DNA of 57,058 nucleotides, from the IMG/VR virus record IMGVR_UViG_3300033146_005660, positions 1-57,058 of that record; one strand, written 5' to 3'. This document shows, in pieces, positions 54,371-57,058 of the stretch. Source of the DNA: a virus. Taxonomy: Duplodnaviria; Caudoviricetes. Every line of letters begins with the position of its first letter. The first letter of the stretch is position 1. Below the pieces are notes generated by a model, which saw only the letters and a program-made list of their open reading frames with translations, made no database searches and had not been told where the DNA came from. The translations under genes were made by a program, and so were the position numbers.

Positions 54371-57058
54371 TTACCTTATGTTGGTTAGTCGTGTTGGCAT
54401 GTGGAAACCGATCTCTATCCCATATATAATAAGATTTGACGAACCACCTGTGTACATGGAAATCCTGTATGTGTTTTGCTGCCTGTCTATTGTTTTGGTT
54501 GGACTTATCGTTGCTGAATATATCGTTCTTGAGCTGCTCGCCGTCGCTGTGATTGTTACGATGAGGTTGGATGCTGGAGCCGCGGCACCGAAGAGGTCGT
54601 TTGAATCGAGTTTAACGATGTCACCGGCTTGCCCTGGGGCCCAGTCGACACGCATCGAATCAATTATGGCTCCGTCCGGAATAATCCCGTTTAACGATTT
54701 GTATGCCGCGCCGGAAGACGATGACGATTCGATATATCTGCCACCGGATTCAACGGTAAACCCGTCAAGCACACCCAATGGATCAACAACAACTACAAGC
54801 CCGTCGGACTGATCAACAAAGTTTCCATGTCCATCAATGCAACCAGCGAGATCGCCGTTCCTTTTAATTGTGGATAGGCCGTACCCGTCCTGGTCATTGT
54901 CGTTTACGCCGAGTTCGATACCACCCCTGTTGTCATATCCCCCGGAGATTACAACGTGCGTTGACCTGTCGTTCTCAACGCCAATCGTTGTTCCCCGGTA
55001 GAAAACAACCGTCCCGGTTTCCGACGAAGCGGCGATGTCCTTTGTTTTTTGATATAAGCGACCAACTTTGATTTTGGTCGATGACACGATTTCTACTATT
55101 CGAAGAATTCCTGAATACGACGTCATCCCGGAAAACACACACAACATGCCGGGTCGAAGGGATATCGTGTTAACGCCCGTCCTGGTAAGAGTGAGCTCGT
55201 CACTTCCATTCACGGAAGATATCGGCTCTCCGGATGCTTGTATTTCCGTCAAGTGCTTGTGGACAGAACCGATGAAATTGATTCTATGCCCGTTTGGACC
55301 ACCAACTGATGCGATTCCCGGCTGATGAGTAACCGCTGCGGGCCATCCGCCAGAGGACTTTGACAATATAGACATGTCGTCAAAGTCGAGAGGAGACAGA
55401 CCCGTAAGATGGTCAGTCTCTGACAGGATTTTGGATGACGAAATGTCCCACCGATTTGACGAACTGCCGAGCTTGTTCTTGTCCGTAAACGGGTGCATAT
55501 CCCCGTCAATGTGGCCCAGCTTGGCTTGATTGAGTTTAATCTTCTGGGCGAACAGCGTAGCAGAGTCACCCCAGTCCGTTATGGAATCAAACGATACGCC
55601 AGAAACGGTCCCGCCATTGTTTGTCCAGACCGGAACGTCGGTAACATTGGAGATGTTCCAGGACATTCTTGATGTCGATCCGGAAACGCGAAGCTTCTCG
55701 AATCCGTGAGATTGTCCTATCTCAACTGGTCCACCGTTGAATTCGCAATCCACAAGGGATGTCCCGTAATCCAACATGATTCCGTACGAGTCTCCGTCGA
55801 GATCGAGAGGAACCGATGCGTCTATCTCGGACGACGCGATTCTTGTTCTTCGACACGACCTGATGGAAAGCCCGGCGCTCGCCGTAGTGGACCTTGCGGA
55901 AACCTTAAGATTAAGATCTGCGGCAAAGATTGCTTCTATGACATTCCTGGACACCCCTCGATTGTCAACGATGTCCACGTTTTGTATGGAACATCCCGTT
56001 GCAAACCACGCGGCCATAGGGAAGGTCATCGACATCACGTCCGCTGAGGCGTCGACGCTAAGGGCAATCTCCGTCTCCGACAGCACTCTGGTTATCACGC
56101 CCTCGCTAACCAATGTTCCGCTGTCGCTTGTCACCGGCTTAGTGCTGGCGTCATCATAGAACATGACAACGTCTCCGGGTCTCGCGCCGCCCGAGATGAA
56201 CTTCGATCCAGAAAATGAATATATCTGGTTCGTAAAATCCGCAGCAGTAAGTGTCATTCCAGCGGAACCGGCAATGCGAAATGCGGGTGACGATGATTCA
56301 ATTCCGACGAGATCGATGTAGCACGAATTTGTTCCGATAATTTGTATTCCACTCCACAGTCTAATTGGATGGGTGACTCTGGAGTATCCTTCTCGAACAA
56401 GAACCTTTCCGCCAATTCCCTTCAACGAGTCAACGGCATCTTGGATCGAGACATATCCACCATGCTCTCCGTCCTCCCCGACAACAACGGCTCCATCCCC
56501 GTTCCCCCAGGGGCGCTTAGAGGTGACCGTGTGGCCTCCAACGTCCAGCACGTTGGACGTTCCTCCCTTGCCGTGCGAAATGGATGAGATGTACGAGTCC
56601 CTCGGGTGAACCAGAGATGCTCCGTTGCCCTCTCCCCCGAGAATTCTCTGGGATGTCCAGCGAGAATGATCAACGGAGGAACCCAAGAGGGCTACGGATT
56701 GAATGCTTCCATCAGCGTCAAGACATGCGTAAAATCCAGACATGCGTAAAATCCGTTGTCGCCATAGCCTACGCCAGTTACGGATACGAGGTTCTTCCTG
56801 GAACCTGATTGAAGATTAAAGGATAAGATGTCTCCGTCTATGGATATACCATTGGACATGATTGTCGGGGAGAACTTGAACGAGTAAACACTCGATCCGC
56901 CTCCCGTCGTGTCCTCGACAACCGTAACAACATGAAGCGACCCGACATCGTCGATCATCGTCGAAAGGGAATGAATCTCATCCACGTGCGCCGGGAGGCT
57001 CATGAGCTGCTCGACCTCGACGGAATCGAAGCCAGTTCGCTCCTTGAGTCCTCTCTCG
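54371..57058 (-). CDS. Large tailspike-like protein, 5'-truncated and frameshifted by a 17-bp duplication
   Basis: ORFs 56692-57003 and 54371-56743 both contain GFYACLD; the upstream frame is open to the window edge; SIQDAVD..GGKVLV..G beta-helix cap. Confidence 0.7.
56721..56754. repeat. 17-bp tandem duplication
   Basis: AGACATGCGTAAAATCC twice. Confidence 0.95.

Overview
A 57-kb segment of a large tailed dsDNA phage, with no host chromosomal context visible. The minus strand carries a virion/morphogenesis block: terminase large subunit, portal, a baseplate-spike-like protein, tail fibre/tailspike-like proteins, several putative internal head proteins, and a 2078-aa single-chain beta/beta' RNA polymerase. 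Four short plus-strand gene islands are interleaved (MYG1-like nuclease, PNK-like kinase, DUF932-like protein, two SSBs, DUF5131, small proteins). Each island starts with a shared G(G/C)CATAAGA motif and ends with a hairpin followed by TTTAGCTAT, suggesting phage-RNAP-specific promoters and terminators. The first 3.6 kb is mostly non-coding. It holds unrelated small ORFs between repeated, covarying structured elements (a 66-bp leader in 2 copies, a ~230-nt structured RNA in 2 full and 1 partial copy) and five non-canonical tRNA-like elements. Other notable signals are a shared N-terminal 'MNxFLNGFSDELEK' leader, strong K-x-A enrichment in virion-block proteins, a stand-alone MshEN-like protein, a sphingomyelinase-like EEP enzyme, a 44-aa acidic peptide, and a 17-bp duplication that frameshifts the last gene. 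All product calls come from motif recognition by eye; no database search was run. No major capsid gene was recognised.
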